Assembly: GCA_038727095.1 (NCBI GenBank)
Contig: JAVYWK010000028.1
Coordinates: 1 to 21,686 of the forward strand
DNA: 21,686 nt
Reading direction: 5' to 3'
From: Thermofilaceae archaeon
GTDB taxonomy: Archaea; Thermoproteota; Thermoprotei; Thermofilales; Thermofilaceae
Both the position numbers and the translations under genes were made by a program. Positions 17,966-21,686 of the stretch are shown here, in pieces. Numbering within the stretch: the first letter of the stretch is position 1; every line of letters begins with the position of its first letter. The notes beneath the pieces were generated by a model that worked only from the letters and a program-made list of their open reading frames with translations, was not told the DNA's origin and made no database searches.

Positions 17966-18248
17966 TTACGGGATGGTGTTTACTCCCAGCTTTCTTGCTA
18001 CTTCCCTCTGTTTTTGGTCGAGGGTTAGTAGCGGTTTACCGTGTTGTAGTGCTTGCGCTACGTATAGAGCATCGTAGACCGTGATGTTGTGGTCTAATGC
18101 TACTTCGAAGGCTTTGCCTAGGTACTTTACCTCTGACTCGATCAACATGTTCTTCTCTACGTAGGATCGAAAGAATTAGTATTTTTACGACGTCGCCTAA
18201 GCTTACGTGCCTCCTTATGTTAACACTCTTCCAGAGAGCATTATAGAA
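17966..18248 (-). pseudogene. vapC: 5'-truncated vapC (PIN) pseudogene
   Basis: FYNALWK.. / frameshift ~18172 / ..KAFEVALDHNITVYDALYVAQA..LLTLD; same subtype as 4528..4935. Confidence 0.85.
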
Positions 18249-18410
18249 CTATTACAATATAAATATGACATTAAGATGCCCCATTCATATCCACTTATTT
18301 AATTACATAAAAGTTGCATTTAAACTCTACTCCACATAACTAACAATACAATGGGTTGTCGAAAAATTAACATCTTCCTCCAAACTAAAATCCTCTGAAG
18401 AGTCGGATCT

Positions 18411-18484
18411 CCGAGGAGGTGCTCAAGATGTGAGGAGCCCAGGGTCCTCGATACGCCTCTCGATGACATGAGGGAGGAAGTCAG
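18411..18484 (+). mobile_element. Possible IS605/tnpB right-end relic
   Basis: ctcaagatgtgaggagcccagggtcctcgatacgcctctcgatgacatgagggaggaagtcag: an LKM(W)GA-like TnpB tail ending in GGAGGAAGTCAG (resemblance from recall). Confidence 0.4.
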
Positions 18485-18577
18485 ATTTTCGACGCCCTAA
18501 ATTTAAATTTTCGCCCTCAGACGCAGTTGCCCTCATGTCTCGACATCAATACCATCAGCGCATTAATCTAAACGCAC

Positions 18578-18606
18578 AAAAGATATAAAGTTCTAAAGTT
18601 CTTTAG
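18578..18606 (+). promoter_or_regulatory. Promoter/operator of the second vapBC
   Basis: AAAAG-ATATAAAG TATA-like box, tandem TAAAGTTC x2 (18586-18601) and inverted repeat CTAAAG-tt-CTTTAG (18593-18606). Confidence 0.5.
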
Positions 18607-18622
18607 TAATTAGGGGACAAAG

Positions 18623-18898
18623 ATGGGTGGAATAAAAGTTTACATATCTGATGAATTGGAGCGCAAATTTAGGGAGGTTGCCATGAAGCTTTACGGCTAT
18701 GGTAAGGGTTCATTAAGTGTAGCGTGTGAGAAGGCGATAAGTATGTGGCTTTCTCAAGTTTCAGAATCCCTTGATATTGTGGAGTCGGTTGAGGACCCAG
18801 TTGAAGCCATCTATGGAATGCTCTCTCACATTAAAAAGACTGGGGTTGAATTGCAGCATGAGGCCCGAGAGATCAGAGCAAGAAAAACTCTTAGATAA
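18623..18898 (+). CDS. Putative RHH antitoxin
   Basis: IKVYISDELERKFRE..GSLS.A.E.AI..WL RHH-like pattern; stop is 1 nt before the PIN gene. Confidence 0.8.
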   Translation: MGGIKVYISDELERKFREVAMKLYGYGKGSLSVACEKAISMWLSQVSESLDIVESVEDPVEAIYGMLSHIKKTGVELQHEAREIRARKTLR

Positions 18899-18899
18899 A

Positions 18900-19310
18900 G
18901 TGGTGTTGATAGACTCAAACGTTTTCTTGGAGGTAGAGTTAGCGGAGAGCCATGCGGAGGCTTGTAAGCAGTTTCTCAGGAAGGTTAGAGATGGCTCCAT
19001 TAAGTCGGCGATCACCGACTTTCACGTAGACTCCATAGTGATTGTTATGGAGAATTATGGAAAGAGCTGGAAGGATATAGCCACGTTCCTAGCATCGCTT
19101 CTTCGCTATAGGGGGCTGATAATTTACCCGGTAAGCTTGAGTGCCCGTATAAAATGTACAACTCTCATGAGAGACTACGGCTTAGACTATGACGATGCCC
19201 TCGCAGTACAAGCCCTCAAAGATCTATCCACTTCAGTAATAATCTCTTATGACGAAGATTTCGACTCAGTTGACTGGATTAAAAGATATGTCCCTGAAGA
19301 ATTGATATGA
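18900..19310 (+). CDS. vapC: VapC PIN-domain ribonuclease toxin
   Basis: VLIDSNVFLE...GLDYDDAL...IISYDEDFD; GTG start at 18900. Confidence 0.9.
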   Translation: MVLIDSNVFLEVELAESHAEACKQFLRKVRDGSIKSAITDFHVDSIVIVMENYGKSWKDIATFLASLLRYRGLIIYPVSLSARIKCTTLMRDYGLDYDDALAVQALKDLSTSVIISYDEDFDSVDWIKRYVPEELI

Positions 19311-19751
19311 TACCTATCTCCTCCCCCATTGAAAGGAACCACGAAAGAGATAGAACTGTTACAAAATCGACCATTCCAAGTTTTCAAATATCTCTGGCAA
19401 CATACTTAAGACTCTTAAACGCGAGAAGAATTTAAGAAAAATTGTCGAAAGGATGGAGAAGTTCTTCGAAGGAAAAACTAAAGAGAAATTCATACAGACG
19501 CCCAGATATATCACCATGTAATATCTTGCTACCATTTCTTGATCTTAAAATAAAGCTAGAGAGTTCTGTACTCAGTATGATGGAAGTAGGATTACGTCTC
19601 GCGCGACTGTTTCGGGTTTCACATAGATGTTAAGGTTGATGCTAATTCGTATTGTCAGAGCTGAGCCCCATGCCCTCCAAAGTTAAAGCATCTCCCTCCC
19701 CAATCCGATCAACTTATATGTTGATGCATCTCGATAAAGTTCGGTGATCAA

Positions 19752-20114
19752 ATGGGTTACGTGAGGGTGAAGGGCTTCGTCGGATCGCCCGAGAAGGCGA
19801 GGGTTGAGGAGGTGAACTTTCTAGTTGATACGGGCGCTTACTACACAGTCTTGCCTCCGCAGCTGACAGAGAGCCTGGCCATAAGGCCGATGGCGAGGGC
19901 TGAGCTGCTGACAGCCGGCAAGAGGAAGGTGGAAGCCCACCTATCTTACGCCTACATAAGGATAGGAGAGAGGGAGGGGGTTTTGCCCGTTGCGATAGTG
20001 GAGGCCCCGGAGCCCACGCTCGGCGTAACGGCCATGGAGGGGCTCGGGATAAAAGTCGACCCGACGACGGGTAGAATAGAGTACACTAGACCCTATGGAC
20101 TCGCGATACTCTAA
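19752..20114 (+). CDS. Single-domain clan AA aspartic protease 5
   Basis: MGYVRV..FLVDTGAYYT..TLGVTAMEGLGIKVDPTTGRI. Confidence 0.9.
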   Translation: MGYVRVKGFVGSPEKARVEEVNFLVDTGAYYTVLPPQLTESLAIRPMARAELLTAGKRKVEAHLSYAYIRIGEREGVLPVAIVEAPEPTLGVTAMEGLGIKVDPTTGRIEYTRPYGLAIL

Positions 20115-20720
20115 AACAACCGAAGCATAAGTTTATCGAACCTTCGCGGTGGAAGCTTGACGAGCATCACGCCTTCAAGCAGATTATGGTAGAGCTGTCG
20201 AATCCGCACTCGAAAGGCCGCACCCGATCAAACCGCTCCCCGAGGCCCACCGCATGAGCAGGCGCGCTCCAGGCCCATCGGACGCCACGCCGGGGGCGTA
20301 ACGTAGCCCCACCAGCCGGCGCGAAGCCCCAGCAACGCTTCCCCCACCCGCCCGATCGAGCCTCACAACCCCCACCACCACCCCCTCCGCCAAGCCTCCA
20401 CCATCGAGCGCCGCGGCTCTAACGAAGCTGAAGCTAAGCGTTCGCTCGACCGAAGGCCTCCTCGCTAGGAGGACGCGGCTTTCACTCCCGGGGATGCCAC
20501 TCGCACTGCTCCAGGCCGGTGCGGACCCAGCCTGTGCGAACGCCTCAGCCGCCCCCAGCCTGGCGCCCAGCTACAGGTACAGGGTGCTCTCAGCCCCGCT
20601 CTACCCGCCCCCTGACCAACCTGGAGCTGCTCAAGCTGGCCGCCCGGTTGACCCGTAACCCCCGTTTCCTCCCGGACGCTACGGCGAAGGTTTTTAGCCT
20701 AGAGCCAGCCTCTTTACGCG

Positions 20721-21320
20721 ATGGTGGAGCTGAATCGGGCGATCCCTAGACGTGTGGTGCTATGCATCAAGACGTACCTCGATGATATCAGGTCGCTCGA
20801 CGAGTCGGTCTGGAAGGAGCTGCCATTCCCCGAGCCGGCAAGCTTCAGCGACGGTAGGGTCGGCTACTTCCTCCTCGCCGAGGCGGGCTTCCCCTACCTC
20901 GCCTACGCGCTCTTCGGCGATGACAAGCCGCGCGACGAGAAGGAGGAAGCCCTCTACTACACCAGAGACATCACCGTCGACATAGGCAAGGTGCTGTTCA
21001 ATTTGCCCTTCCGCTTCTACGACTTCACCATCTATTGGCCGAAGGTGCTCGAGGTGGCGGGGAACGAGGTGCAGCGCTTCTTGGAGTGGGCCGAGAAGCT
21101 GACGCTGGGGGACGTTGAGGCGATGCTGGACTGGCTGGAGGAGCTCGAAAGGCAGCAGCGGGTCGAGCCAGAGATCTATTACGACCCGGACGAGGAGTGC
21201 CTCAAGAGCATCAAGAACCTAGCTGCATTGATGCGCTGGCTCCTCGACGAGCGGACCAGGCAGTACGTTACCCTCGTAGCAACCGTCAACCCCAGGCTTG
21301 ACGAGCCGGGCGTGGATTGA
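20721..21320 (+). CDS. Hypothetical acidic protein
   Basis: 199-aa ORF with strong GC3 bias, rich in Asp/Glu and aromatic residues. TATA-like GTTTTTAG ~25-30 nt upstream. Confidence 0.8.
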   Translation: MVELNRAIPRRVVLCIKTYLDDIRSLDESVWKELPFPEPASFSDGRVGYFLLAEAGFPYLAYALFGDDKPRDEKEEALYYTRDITVDIGKVLFNLPFRFYDFTIYWPKVLEVAGNEVQRFLEWAEKLTLGDVEAMLDWLEELERQQRVEPEIYYDPDEECLKSIKNLAALMRWLLDERTRQYVTLVATVNPRLDEPGVD

Positions 21321-21324
21321 CTGG

Positions 21325-21686
21325 GTGGGAGAAGTGGAGGCTCGGTATAGGGTGGCTCCGGCGGCCGCGGTCTCGCTACCCACGCCGTCAGAGCCGCCGC
21401 TCACCTTCGCCGACCAAGTCTACGGCTGGTGCACCTACGGTATGCCCTTCTGGGGGTGCCCCTCCGTCGCGGACGTCAGCGGTATTGGGATTGGAGCCGG
21501 CTTGGCGTCCCTCCCCTTTGTGCTGGAGGAGGTTGCGAGACAGATGCAGCAGCTGGCGCCCACAGTGCAGCAACCGAGCCAGCAGCCGGGCGTGCCGACG
21601 GGCCACATCGAACAGCCGAGGCAGGCGGAAGGCGCACAGACCAGTGCCGTCGGAGTCGACTACCAGCAGCAGGCTCAGGTACCTCG
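21325..21686 (+). CDS. Hypothetical protein, 3'-partial (Gly-rich hydrophobic segment + Gln/Pro-rich linker)
   Basis: Frame is open from GTG 21325 to the window end: MGEVEARYRV..VSGIGIGAGLASLPFVL..QQLAPTVQQPSQQPG... Not listed in the ORF track. Confidence 0.55.
   Translation, partial: MGEVEARYRVAPAAAVSLPTPSEPPLTFADQVYGWCTYGMPFWGCPSVADVSGIGIGAGLASLPFVLEEVARQMQQLAPTVQQPSQQPGVPTGHIEQPRQAEGAQTSAVGVDYQQQAQVP

Noticed and set aside
6242-20114. Retropepsin genes as evidence of a retroelement
   Set aside because: No reverse transcriptase, integrase, gag-like ORF or LTRs in the window; stand-alone clan AA proteases are known in prokaryotes.
20184-20393. VVRLDRAG..RRLVGL as an AbrB-like remnant
   Set aside because: Only a few residues match; not supportable.
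20624-20638. 15-mer gagctgctcaagctg shared with the reverse complement of 17485-17499
   Set aside because: Common ELLKL codon string; flanks do not align.

Overview
Archaeal accessory region. The AGG-rich Arg usage, TATA-box promoters and PaREP-type families point to Thermoproteota, possibly Thermofilum-like (inference). It holds decayed surface-glycan genes (rmlC and rmlD pseudogenes) and an intact TMP-kinase-like + nucleotidyltransferase pair. Interleaved with these is a dense, fast-turnover array of small, mostly monocistronic cassettes: five intact single-domain clan AA (retropepsin-like, D[TS]GA) aspartic proteases plus five remnants; four intact PaREP1/HEPN-like genes plus at least four decayed copies; one HEPN-MNT pair; an MNT(-HEPN) pseudogene; two vapBC operons plus a vapC remnant; and two PaREP15-like coiled-coil paralogs. 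Most remnants are 5'-truncated, and several lie directly downstream of an intact member of the same family. Possible IS200/IS605 (tnpB) right-end relics are present. No rRNA, tRNA, CRISPR array, integrase or transposase was seen. All family calls come from motif recognition by eye, not from database searches.
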